The translations under genes were made by a program, and so were the position numbers. The notes under the pieces are model-generated. The model did no database searches and was not told where the DNA came from. It was given only the letters and a program-made list of their open reading frames with translations. From Patescibacteria group bacterium (GTDB lineage Bacteria > Patescibacteriota > Patescibacteriia > UBA9934): 64,000 nt of DNA. The stretch is taken from NCBI GenBank assembly GCA_041660165.1, contig JBAZWW010000001.1:169035-233034 (forward strand). Reading direction: 5' to 3'. Below, in pieces: positions 19,378 to 28,762 of this stretch (position 1 is its first letter; each line of letters begins with the position of its first letter).

Positions 19378-20001
19378 TTAGCGCATTGAATAGAATTCAA
19401 CGATGAGTGTCGGGTCAAATACTTCCTTAAGGTCCTCGCCCATAGGGAGACTGACAACTTTCCCCTTCATAGTCTCCTCTCTATGAAGCCAACCCGGAAC
19501 TTTCTGCGTCTTCTGACGTTCAGCCAAGTCAGCAAACAATTTCTTGGCTTGCTTGTTGGTTCTGACTTCTACAATATCACCCACGTTCACCTGGTATGAC
19601 GGAATGTTCACTTTCTCACCGTTTACGAGGAACATGCAGTGGCTCACCATCTGTCTTGCCTGTGGGCGAGTGATAGCAAAACCCATGCGGAAAACCACGT
19701 TATCCAAACGTGTTTCCAAAGAACGGCTCAAATGCTCACCGGTATTTCCGGCCAGCTTCTTGGCTTTTTCAAAGTAATTGCGGAACTGGCGTTCCATGAC
19801 GCCGTAGAGGCGCTTAGCCTTCTGCTTCTCACGCAACTGAACGCCGTAGGCGCTCACCTTTGGCGGACGTCCGCCTGGTTTGCCGTGCACGCCAGGAGCG
19901 TAGGCGCGCTTCTGCATAACCTTAAGAACGCTGGCGCTGGCTGACAGCGCAACGCCTTCTCTTCGGCTCATCTTTCCTCTAGCTATTTGTGTTCTTCCCA
20001 T
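19378..20001 (-). CDS. rpsD: 30S ribosomal protein S4
   Basis: S4 domain RLDNVVFRMGFAITRPQARQMVSHCMFLVNGEKVNIPSYQV. Confidence 0.92.
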   Translation of the reverse strand: MGRTQIARGKMSRREGVALSASASVLKVMQKRAYAPGVHGKPGGRPPKVSAYGVQLREKQKAKRLYGVMERQFRNYFEKAKKLAGNTGEHLSRSLETRLDNVVFRMGFAITRPQARQMVSHCMFLVNGEKVNIPSYQVNVGDIVEVRTNKQAKKLFADLAERQKTQKVPGWLHREETMKGKVVSLPMGEDLKEVFDPTLIVEFYSMR

Positions 20002-20004
20002 ATT

Positions 20005-20478
20005 TTATACGCGACGAGCTCGGCGAGGCCGGCATCCGTTGTGAGGGATTGGCGTCAAGTCCTTAATAGAGAGCACGTTCAGACCGGCACCGTTCAGGGC
20101 GCGGAGCGCTCCGTCACGGCCGTTCCCGATTCCGGAAACGTAGACCTGCACATCACGCAATCCGTAAGGGGCAGCTTTGTCAGCAGCCTTTTTCACTACC
20201 ATGGAGGCAGCGTACGGCGTGGCCTTCTTAGGACCGCGGAAACCGCAATTTCCTGCAGATGCCCAAGCGAGCAAGTTTCCGTTCTGATCAGTCAGGGACA
20301 CGATCGTGTTGTTGTAGCTGGCATGAACGTAGGCCCGGCCGGCTGGGACTTGGCGCAAAGCGCGCTTCTTGCCCTTGGCGGTCATCACCTTGTCAGACTT
20401 TGCTTTTGAGGCAAGTTCCGCTTCCGTTACCATTGGTACTTCAACCGGAGCGTCAGTTTTGAGAATTTCGTCAGCCAT
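20005..20478 (-). CDS. rpsK: 30S ribosomal protein S11
   Basis: HASYNNTIVSLTDQNGNLLAWASAGNCGFRGPKKATPYAA. The real start may be the internal Met at 20385. Confidence 0.93.
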   Translation of the reverse strand: MADEILKTDAPVEVPMVTEAELASKAKSDKVMTAKGKKRALRQVPAGRAYVHASYNNTIVSLTDQNGNLLAWASAGNCGFRGPKKATPYAASMVVKKAADKAAPYGLRDVQVYVSGIGNGRDGALRALNGAGLNVLSIKDLTPIPHNGCRPRRARRV

Positions 20479-20484
20479 AGGAGA

Positions 20485-20871
20485 TTATGTCTTTGTAAGA
20501 ACACGTCGGCCGCTTCCTGCAGTCTTACGGACGTTTCCGCGAACGGTGCGGGAGTTGCTCTTTGTACGCTGACCTCTGACCGGCAAACCCTTGGCGTGGC
20601 GCTGGCCACGGCGGGCGCCAATGTCTTTCAGACGCTTAATATTCGAAAGAATCTCGCGTCTGAGTTCGCCCTCAACATGGAACTCCTTTTCCACAATAGT
20701 GCGGATAGCGTTCTCTTGATCCGCCGTCAAATCTTTGACGCGAATGCTCTCATCTACACCGGCCTTTTTAAGGACCTGGGCAGCACGCGTCTGGCCAACT
20801 CCAAAAATGTATTGGAGGGCAATGACAATGCGCTTCTGATTCGGAATGGTGACACCAGCGATACGTGCCAT
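20485..20871 (-). CDS. rpsM: 30S ribosomal protein S13
   Basis: [26 protein letters not shown]; start set at this Met rather than the longer ORF-track start. Confidence 0.93.
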   Translation of the reverse strand: MARIAGVTIPNQKRIVIALQYIFGVGQTRAAQVLKKAGVDESIRVKDLTADQENAIRTIVEKEFHVEGELRREILSNIKRLKDIGARRGQRHAKGLPVRGQRTKSNSRTVRGNVRKTAGSGRRVLTKT

Positions 20872-20875
20872 AAGG

Positions 20876-20989
20876 TTAGCCTTGACGTTGCTTATGTTTC
20901 GGAATCTTGCAAATGACGCGAACACGTCCTTCCCTTCGGATGACGCGACAGTCACGGCAGATTGGTTTCACAGACGAGCGGACTTTCAT
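20876..20989 (-). CDS. rpmJ: 50S ribosomal protein L36
   Basis: Manual translation of the minus strand gives [37 protein letters not shown] (37 aa). This is below the ORF-track size cutoff and sits in the canonical infA-rpmJ-rpsM position. Confidence 0.85.
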   Translation of the reverse strand: MKVRSSVKPICRDCRVIRREGRVRVICKIPKHKQRQG

Positions 20990-21063
20990 AATATAAATGC
21001 GTTTCAGTACGCAAAATCATCCTAAAAAACGGATGATTCTGTAGAAGCTAGAGATGCCATCCG

Positions 21064-21279
21064 TTAAAAACGGAATGTGATTCTAGCCTTGGTGAGATCA
21101 TAAGGACTGATCTCACACTTGACGTCATCTCCCGGCATGACCCGGATGCGGTTCTTGCGCAGTTTGCCTGCCAAGTACCCAATGACTTCCATGTCGTTCT
21201 CTAAGGTAATGCGGAACGCACCACCTGGGAGCGCTTCCAACACCTCACCTCTCATCTCAAGAAAATCTTTTTCGGGCAT
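21064..21279 (-). CDS. infA: translation initiation factor IF-1
   Basis: [71 protein letters not shown]. Confidence 0.9.
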   Translation of the reverse strand: MPEKDFLEMRGEVLEALPGGAFRITLENDMEVIGYLAGKLRKNRIRVMPGDDVKCEISPYDLTKARITFRF

Positions 21280-21474
21280 AGCCGAAGTAAATATACTAGA
21301 GATTGCAGGGGTTAGGCAAGCAAATGCTCCATAGGAAAGCGGGGGAAGTGTACTTGGCGCAGTAATTAGTGTCAAGAAAAGGCTGTGGAGGCTTACCAAA
21401 AGTGGACGAATCCGTTATTAAATGACAAACTTTGCCAGCCTTATTGGCGAGTAACCCTGAACCGTGAGGACATC

Positions 21475-22443
21475 ATGGGTACCAAGAAAGAAACCGACAC
21501 CACGATCCCCGTCGAGGAATACGTCAGGCAGTTCCGGGAACGGGGTTGGTGCCAGCTCGAAGATCGGGATGACGACGGAGACACCGCCGCCCGCAAGTGG
21601 TTCGATCGCATCTGCGATCCGAATCTGACCTATGAAGAGGCAACGCATCTCTTGGGCTTAGCGTTTCTCGGAGAACGCGATCGGAACAAATCCATCGTTC
21701 GTTTTCTTATGGGGATCGCCCGGTTCCCGGATATCGCCCATGGCGAGTACAACAACGCCGGCGATCTGAGCGGAAGCCTGCAGGAATGGGCGTACGGCGT
21801 ACTCGTCGACGCCGAATTCCTGTGGCAATCAAACGACAAGGAAAACGAAGACTGGTCCCTGGACCGCGAAATCATCGCGTTTCTCCGCACCAGGTTCGAT
21901 CGGCGCAGGGAAAAGGCCGTGCGCAAGGTCGTGCGCAGGTACCTCGAGTTCGACGCCGGGAATTCCGGTGACGAATCGGACGCACGCCGTTATGAGAACA
22001 TCACGACCATGGTTCCGAGCCTGCTCGTGCTCGCAGTCCTGAACGGCAAGCCGAAGAAAAGCGGGCTTTGGCCAGACGCGAAGTACATGAACTCCGAACG
22101 ATTCGGTCACATTTACGAGGCGCGCCAAACGGCAATCGTGAAAGCGCTCGAAGCCATTGTGTTCGGCAACGGCAGGGTGGTCCGCTCGCAGATCGCGACC
22201 GGCACGATCCCAAATGAATACACCTGGGCCGTTCAAGAGCTGATGCTCTACTATCCGCGACGGGCTAAGGAGATCAGGGAACGGCTCGATGGATTTGCGA
22301 ACGAGCTGAGCATGAACGCTCGCCAAGAATACAAGAACGGCAAGCCGTTGTCCGAGATCATCACGACACTGAAGGTCGGCGACAAAGAGATCAACCTCAA
22401 GGCGCTCGAAGACGAGCTGGCCCAGCTCCCCACCTTCCGCTAG
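21475..22443 (+). CDS. hypothetical protein (GC-rich, likely foreign origin)
   Basis: Start chosen at an ATG preceded by a GAGGA Shine-Dalgarno. High GC3 codon usage unlike the neighbours. Followed by a GACCCCGT...ATGGGGTC hairpin terminator. Confidence 0.5.
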   Translation: MGTKKETDTTIPVEEYVRQFRERGWCQLEDRDDDGDTAARKWFDRICDPNLTYEEATHLLGLAFLGERDRNKSIVRFLMGIARFPDIAHGEYNNAGDLSGSLQEWAYGVLVDAEFLWQSNDKENEDWSLDREIIAFLRTRFDRRREKAVRKVVRRYLEFDAGNSGDESDARRYENITTMVPSLLVLAVLNGKPKKSGLWPDAKYMNSERFGHIYEARQTAIVKALEAIVFGNGRVVRSQIATGTIPNEYTWAVQELMLYYPRRAKEIRERLDGFANELSMNARQEYKNGKPLSEIITTLKVGDKEINLKALEDELAQLPTFR

Positions 22444-22587
22444 GCCTCAACAACGTCAGCCACGTCTCCGTGAAGACCCCGTCCGCACCGCTGTGCAGAT
22501 GGGGTCAAATTGTTTCAAAATTGGACGGAATCTCACTTTTTCGCCATAATCCGCCGGCCGAATCAACCTACTCCCTTGGAGGATTCA

Positions 22588-23346
22588 ATGGCCCTGATGG
22601 GAACCGGTAACGAACCGGCCTTCAAACGTTCCGCGCTACTGTTGGCAAGCTTTGTCACCGACAAAGATAATGAACATTCCGTCTTGCTCGATCACCCGCA
22701 TAACATCATGCTCAACTGGCCGATGCGGAGTTGTGCGGACGTATGGAATGAAGGCGCCAAGGCTCGTCCAATGATTCTCTGCGAACTCATCGAGAGACTT
22801 GAGTGCGCAACCTCGTGGCCCGGTGAACGGAGCTCGAACGAAGAGGGATTCCTCCGGGAATGCTTCCAGAGAATTCGGCCGGAGACCCCGGACCTGATGG
22901 TGGCGATTGAGCACGCACTGCCCGCGCTCATCCGCCTGGTGTTCGAGCGTCATCCGGACGTTCACATCTGGAGGAAGGCCGACGAGGTGGCCACGGTGGC
23001 GGGGATCAAGCTCCGCGACGATTGGAATGAACTCGTCCTTGCAACGCTCGAAGATTACGTCCGCATGAATGAAAAGGTTCTGCGTAAAGATCTCATCGCC
23101 AGGCGAATCGATAAGATCGAGCGCCGGCGGGCCGTGGACGTGCTCATCGTAGCGTTCGTGCGCAAGAGGCACGATCTGCAAGTCAGGATTGACGCGATCA
23201 ACGCGCACCTGGCTGAGCTTGCACAAGACCTCTACTGGGAGAACGCAACGTCGAGAGAAGCGAAAGCGGCCAAACGCCCGTTCGTGAAGGAGCTGAATGA
23301 GCTGATGCTCGAACTCAACTCCCTTCCGCTCCTCGACAGACTCTAG
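22588..23346 (+). CDS. hypothetical protein (GC-rich, likely foreign origin)
   Basis: ATG preceded by a GGAGGA SD. The same terminator motif as the upstream gene lies at 23380-23430. Confidence 0.5.
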   Translation: MALMGTGNEPAFKRSALLLASFVTDKDNEHSVLLDHPHNIMLNWPMRSCADVWNEGAKARPMILCELIERLECATSWPGERSSNEEGFLRECFQRIRPETPDLMVAIEHALPALIRLVFERHPDVHIWRKADEVATVAGIKLRDDWNELVLATLEDYVRMNEKVLRKDLIARRIDKIERRRAVDVLIVAFVRKRHDLQVRIDAINAHLAELAQDLYWENATSREAKAAKRPFVKELNELMLELNSLPLLDRL

Positions 23347-23473
23347 CCGATCAAGAACGTTCGACTGCTCGTCAATTCTCGTGACCGAAGACCCCGTCCG
23401 CCCGCGCGCGAATGGGGTCGTACTGTTTTATATAAGACTCTTATTATATTAGATGCTTATATAATCCCCTCGG

Positions 23474-24334
23474 CTATATTTTATTACTGGATTCAAAATG
23501 ACGAACCGCATACTCGACAATCGCCTTGGCCACATCAATACCAGTAGTTTGTTCGAGTGTTTTGAAACCAGGATTCGCGTTTACCTCCATGATGAGCGGA
23601 CCGCAGTTTGAGCGCAAAATGTCTACGCCGGCAATGTCGAGGTTCATCACTCGTGTAGCTTTAATCGCGAGCTCGCGTTCCTCGGCGGTCAGCTCAACCG
23701 ACTGGCCAGTCCCGCCGGCATTGCTCCGCACATCCCCCGCCGGGGCGTCTAGTTGCATGGACGCAATAACCTCGTTGCCGATGACAAAGGCTCGGATGTC
23801 CGAGTGATTAGCCTCGGCAATAAACTCTTCGACAATAAATGGATTCTGGTCGCGCACCGATAAATAATCGGTGATTGGTTTCATCACTTCCTCGCTCGGC
23901 GCAAAAAACACACCCTTGCCTCTGGTACCGAATGGGACTTTTATCATCACCGGAAAACCCAGCTCTCGTGCACAACTCGTAGCCGTCCACGTATCCTGTA
24001 CTATCGCGCCTTTCGGCATCGGAATTCCGACATCGAGCAGGTCAAGCCTCTGCAATAATTTATTTTTCGTGCGCAACACTTGGCCGTTCACTAATCGAAT
24101 ACCGGACGCTCGCAGTCCGTCATAAATCGCCTGGTGGTGCGACGGTTCTTCCGTAAAATTTGGTCGAACAATAATGACGTCAAACCTCTTCAGCTCGTCT
24201 CTCGGCGGGATCGAAATCGAGCGCTCATATACTCGAACAGCTTCATGCCCCAAAGCCCGCACCGCTTCTTCAAGCCGTGATGCTCCAGAAAACTCTTCAA
24301 ATTGTTCATTAGAAACCAAAATCCCAACGCGCAT
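23474..24334 (-). CDS. rimK: RimK-family ATP-grasp ligase (alpha-L-glutamate ligase-like)
   Basis: ATP-grasp motifs (PVMIKVPFGTRGKGVF, IVEEFI, GVDILRS..GPLIMEVNANPGF). Confidence 0.75.
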   Translation of the reverse strand: MRVGILVSNEQFEEFSGASRLEEAVRALGHEAVRVYERSISIPPRDELKRFDVIIVRPNFTEEPSHHQAIYDGLRASGIRLVNGQVLRTKNKLLQRLDLLDVGIPMPKGAIVQDTWTATSCARELGFPVMIKVPFGTRGKGVFFAPSEEVMKPITDYLSVRDQNPFIVEEFIAEANHSDIRAFVIGNEVIASMQLDAPAGDVRSNAGGTGQSVELTAEERELAIKATRVMNLDIAGVDILRSNCGPLIMEVNANPGFKTLEQTTGIDVAKAIVEYAVRHFESSNKI

Positions 24335-24381
24335 ATGGTCTAACCGTAGCGCATCGGAATAATGATGGCAAACAACGCTCA

Positions 24382-25356
24382 CTATTGAGCAGGATGAAAA
24401 TCATCCTCCGTCTTCGTAATGTGCAGAGGAGAATAACAACCATGTACTACGTCACCGTCTGGTTGCTGTTTAAGCTCAACCCACATTTTTCCAGCCACAG
24501 CTGGATCAATACCTACTCCGGTCGGAATAGTCTCGCCAAGTGATACATGATAGGCACCATCCTTCATAGGGGTAACACTGGCCTCGTATGATTTTAATCC
24601 TTCGAGAATTTCCTTTGAGCCGCCATCAACGGCGAAAATATGGCATGTGCTAACTCCGGCAAAAGGACGGTCATCTCGAACCTCGGTTCCAATGTAACGC
24701 CCGGTAACATACCCGGCAGTTGGAGTGACGGCCAATCTGAGTGAATTTTTGACGAGCAACCAGTTCGGATCGTTGGCCTCGTTTGGTTTTTCGTACTCAT
24801 ATCTCACTTCATAGCCACCGATAAACAAAACCTCCTGATATCGCGGAATGAACACCGCATCGTCAGTGGCAGTCAAACGCAGGCGAGTTACTTTTTGCCC
24901 GTTAATAGTGATTTCGTCGGAAAGATATTCTTTGTACTGATCTCGTTCGTACGGCGCATAAATGGCCTCGCCCTCATCCTGGGCGTACACGCTGATTCCC
25001 CCACTCATTGTCGAACCCTCTGCCGGACTATGCATCTCAATTGGATTCGGGCTGATACGAGCTGTAAATTCCGGTAGAACGCGCTTTGGGTTATCGTAAA
25101 TGGCCGTAGTGAAGACATGCCAACCCTCAGGATATTGCAATGACAGTTTGCCAACAGCAAGCGTATGCGGTTCGCTTGAAGTAGATACCAGCGAGTTCGT
25201 GCTCGTCGAGATTACATTCGGAATCTGCGTTGCTACGAGGAGCGACCCGAATGCGAGGCCGACAACGGAGCCGAGCAGGATGCCCGGAATAAAATGGGCA
25301 AGAAAGAGAGATTTGGGTTGCATATGCGGGAAGTATACACGAATCCAATCCGCCAC
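24382..25356 (-). CDS. hypothetical secreted / membrane-anchored protein
   Basis: N-terminal TM/signal segment (FLAHFIPGILLGSVVGLAFGSLLVA); no known motif. Confidence 0.4.
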   Translation of the reverse strand: MADWIRVYFPHMQPKSLFLAHFIPGILLGSVVGLAFGSLLVATQIPNVISTSTNSLVSTSSEPHTLAVGKLSLQYPEGWHVFTTAIYDNPKRVLPEFTARISPNPIEMHSPAEGSTMSGGISVYAQDEGEAIYAPYERDQYKEYLSDEITINGQKVTRLRLTATDDAVFIPRYQEVLFIGGYEVRYEYEKPNEANDPNWLLVKNSLRLAVTPTAGYVTGRYIGTEVRDDRPFAGVSTCHIFAVDGGSKEILEGLKSYEASVTPMKDGAYHVSLGETIPTGVGIDPAVAGKMWVELKQQPDGDVVHGCYSPLHITKTEDDFHPAQ

Positions 25357-25413
25357 CTCTAGATCCTTCGCCTACGCTCAGGATCGAATACCACGCAACG
25401 CCACATACAAATA

Positions 25414-27189
25414 TTATCCGAGGATCGCCTTAATTCTCCGCACGCCCGATGACACTGCTTCTTCTTTTTGGATTTTGAATCCGCCAAGTTCGCCAGTATG
25501 TTGCACGTGGGGGCCGCCACAGATTTCTTTCGAGTAATCACCAATGGAGTAGACGTTTATCTTGCCTCCGATATTGGCGTACTTGTCCTCAAACAATCCG
25601 ATCGCACCACTAGCTTTCGCTTCTTCAACAGTCAACTGCTCAGCCTTCACGGGCATGTCTTTTTTGATCTGCTCGTTGACAATGGCCTCAACTTTTGCCA
25701 ACTCGTCCGGCGTCATCTTGGTGTTGTGCGAGAAGTCGAAACGCAAACGCTCGGCAGTAATGTTGCTGCCCTTCTGTTCAACATGGGGACCGAGAACGTC
25801 GCGCAGAGCTTGATGCAAAATGTGCGTCGCGGTGTGTAGGCGAGTTGTTTCGATGGAATGGTCAGCGAGACCACCGGCGAATTTCTTTTCGGCACCTTGG
25901 CGAGAAAGGTCCTGGTGCTTCTTGAACTCGGCAGCGAATGCTTCACGATCAACCTCTTGACCTTGTTCGTGCGCCAGCTCGTGTGTGACCTCGAGCGGAA
26001 AACCGTACGACTGGTAAAGGTTGAACGCATCCTCGCCGGAAATTGCCTTGTTGCGCTCGAACATCTTCTGGAATTCCCTCAGTCCTTGGGCGAGTGTCTT
26101 CTCAAATTTCTTCGCCTCAGTTTCTATGCCGAGAACTATCGCGTCTCGTTTTTCGATCAGCATTGGATACGCCTCGCCGAGGGACGCCACAACATCATCA
26201 ACAATCGGCGGAACGAGCTTGTCGGATTCGATGCCCAGCTTCTTCGCGTGACGGATCGCCCGGCGGATGAGACGACGCAGGATGTAACCCTGGTCCTTGT
26301 TTGATGGCTCGACACCATCCATAAACATGATCGAGGAAGCTCGAAGGTGATCGGCGATGATCCTCATTGACTTGGTTGTCTCCGGCGCTGCGCCATATTC
26401 CAAACCGGATAAATACATAAGAGTCTTATGTAATCCGGTGAACAATTCCGTCTCGTATACATTCGCGCGGTGTTGTAACGCAACGATCGTGCGTTCCATG
26501 CCCATACCGGTGTCCACACTGCCGTTTACAAGCGGGGTTAAAACCCCGCCTTCGTCCTTGTTGAATTGCATGAACACGTTGTTCCAAATTTCCATCCAGC
26601 GATTGTCTTTTGGATCGTAAACTGCTGGCGGTTCTTCAGCACTGGTCCAATAAAAAATCTCCGTGTCCGGTCCGCACGGACCAGTTTTCCCCGCTGGTCC
26701 CCACCAGTTGTCCTCGCGGCCGAGTTTTGCAATGCGCTCGACGGATACGCCAAGACGAATCCAATGATCGTATGCCTCTTGGTCAAATGGCGTGTTCGCG
26801 TCGCCTTCGAAAACTGTAAATGACAAATGCGATAACGGGATGTTGAGCCAATCCTTGCTCGTCAAAAACTCGAATGACCACTCGATAGATTCTTTTTTGA
26901 AATAGTCGCCGAGCGACCAGTTGCCGAGCATGGTGAAAAAAGTGAGGTGCGTGTTATCACCCACGTCATCAATGTCGCCGGTTCTGATACAGCGCTGGTA
27001 ATCAACCAAGCGCTTGCCCGCCGGGTGAGGCTCGCCGAGCAAATACGGGACGAGCGGATGCATGCCCGCCGTGGTAAAAAGCACAGTCGGATCATTCACC
27101 GGCACCACGGAGGCGGAGGGAATCTCCACGTGGCCCTTCGATTTGAAAAACTCAATGTACTTTTTGCGGAGCTCATTCGCGGTGATCAT
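25414..27189 (-). CDS. alaS: alanine--tRNA ligase, short form lacking the C-terminal C-Ala domain
   Basis: MITANELRKKYIEFFKSKGH, FTTAGMHP and GNWSLGDYFK in the catalytic core, and the editing-domain HTATHIL...CGGPHV. About 590 aa from the proper Met. Confidence 0.9.
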   Translation of the reverse strand: MITANELRKKYIEFFKSKGHVEIPSASVVPVNDPTVLFTTAGMHPLVPYLLGEPHPAGKRLVDYQRCIRTGDIDDVGDNTHLTFFTMLGNWSLGDYFKKESIEWSFEFLTSKDWLNIPLSHLSFTVFEGDANTPFDQEAYDHWIRLGVSVERIAKLGREDNWWGPAGKTGPCGPDTEIFYWTSAEEPPAVYDPKDNRWMEIWNNVFMQFNKDEGGVLTPLVNGSVDTGMGMERTIVALQHRANVYETELFTGLHKTLMYLSGLEYGAAPETTKSMRIIADHLRASSIMFMDGVEPSNKDQGYILRRLIRRAIRHAKKLGIESDKLVPPIVDDVVASLGEAYPMLIEKRDAIVLGIETEAKKFEKTLAQGLREFQKMFERNKAISGEDAFNLYQSYGFPLEVTHELAHEQGQEVDREAFAAEFKKHQDLSRQGAEKKFAGGLADHSIETTRLHTATHILHQALRDVLGPHVEQKGSNITAERLRFDFSHNTKMTPDELAKVEAIVNEQIKKDMPVKAEQLTVEEAKASGAIGLFEDKYANIGGKINVYSIGDYSKEICGGPHVQHTGELGGFKIQKEEAVSSGVRRIKAILG

Positions 27190-27595
27190 AGATGAGAAAA
27201 GAGTAGCGTAACTTGCAAACTTTCGCAATAAATACAAATGCCGTATGACCCGCGCCGTCTGTGGCAGGCCAAACGGCATCGCGCAAACGAGCGCGTTACT
27301 CCCTGAATCTTCCGACAGCCCAGACAAAGGCCGAAACGAAAGAAAGGAAACCGAGGAGGACGACGACGCCGAGCACCACGTCGCTCGGTGACGAATGGTA
27401 ATCGCCAGCCGGACTGTACGGCAAATCCGGAAACGCGTTCGCAACGGAAACGAAAAACTGGAGCACGGACACCTCCTGGAGCGATCTTAACAGACTCGCA
27501 AGTATTTTCAACTGTCCAAAAACACAACCGCGCCCGCAGTCGAACTCCCCGTTTGGGAATCCTGGCCACGAGCGCAGTACGCGCGGACGTACGAA

Positions 27596-28648
27596 CTACA
27601 GATCGTCAGTCATTCCGCGAAGCCTCTGAGTCGTCCCGAACCGATTCATGGTCAGGACAACGCTGACGCAGTGGGGCGCGTACCCCAGCGTCTTCCGCCA
27701 AGCGATAATGGCCGTCCGCAGTGCACCGCACATTGTCGTCTCGAACACCGTATCAACCTGATCCTTTGTCTTCCCGTCGTCGTCGTACTCGACGATGACG
27801 TTCAGAATCAGGCAGTGATCCACGGCGTGCTCGAACACCACTTTCGTAGCGGAGAGCGGGGCCGTCTTCAGCATGAGCTCCAGCGCCGGAAGCTGTTCGT
27901 CGAGAGTCGCCAACCGCTCAGTCATCAGCACCGCCATTTGTCGGGCAGACGCGGACGCGTTCGTGGCGCCGGTAGCCGTCAAAAACGGAGCGATCATTCG
28001 GAAGTCATAAACCGCGTCAGCAAGACTCCGATTCTTCGCCCAAGCAACAGCCAAGGCGTCAAACATCCACTGCGCACCGTTACAAAGAGACTGCTTGTTC
28101 GCCACCCTGCTCTCCGCCCACAGGTAGGTCGTCAAAATCCTCTTTGGACTAATCACGCCGAGCTTGAATTCCTCGCGAACGGCGTCCATGGTGATCCGAG
28201 CAATATCGCCGTCGATGCTAGCGATGCTCTGCCAAACGCAGGCAAAAAGACGCTCGGCCTCCGTGTCATCAGTGGTTTGTTTCCACCGCTGGATGATCCA
28301 CTTGACCAAAGCCTGTCTTGCCTTCGGAAGCGAGTGATTCAGTTGCCCGAGCGCCTCCGCATAAAGCCGAGTGAAGACGATGCTCAGCCGGGCATCTATT
28401 GCTCTCTGAACGTGGTCAGAAATACGCCAACCCTCAACGTCCATCACCCTATACTCCGTCTCCTGCCCAACCTTACGCACATAGCCCATGAGACGGAGCG
28501 CCAGCTCATCGTCGTTCGGACCCAACTCTCCGAAGAGCCAAACCAGTGCCTCAAGCGGGGTCCTATCGCCACCAGCCAGGCAACGAAATACGAAGTGGTC
28601 GCCGTTGTCCGTCATTATCTTTTGCAACAGCACAAACCGCTTATCCAT
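27596..28648 (-). CDS. hypothetical protein (GC-rich)
   Basis: ORF; it shares a loose LFGE...RLMGYVR-type motif with the 21475 protein. Confidence 0.45.
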   Translation of the reverse strand: MDKRFVLLQKIMTDNGDHFVFRCLAGGDRTPLEALVWLFGELGPNDDELALRLMGYVRKVGQETEYRVMDVEGWRISDHVQRAIDARLSIVFTRLYAEALGQLNHSLPKARQALVKWIIQRWKQTTDDTEAERLFACVWQSIASIDGDIARITMDAVREEFKLGVISPKRILTTYLWAESRVANKQSLCNGAQWMFDALAVAWAKNRSLADAVYDFRMIAPFLTATGATNASASARQMAVLMTERLATLDEQLPALELMLKTAPLSATKVVFEHAVDHCLILNVIVEYDDDGKTKDQVDTVFETTMCGALRTAIIAWRKTLGYAPHCVSVVLTMNRFGTTQRLRGMTDDL

Positions 28649-28762
28649 TTTCACTCCCTCCGGCCACAACCGGATATATGCCGGGGCCGCAACCCCGGTC
28701 TGGTTATGCCCTCCCGCAAGAGGACAGGTATTTTATAGCCCCGTTAAAAAAGTTTTGCAATT

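Noticed and set aside
27190-27600. Possible T-box leader upstream of alaS, in a 400-nt GC-rich untranslated region
   Set aside because: I searched the minus strand for the T-box sequence (AGGGTGGNACCGCG; rc CGCGGTACCACCC) and found no match. The small TTG-initiated 71-aa ORF (27296-27511) has no SD and is probably spurious.
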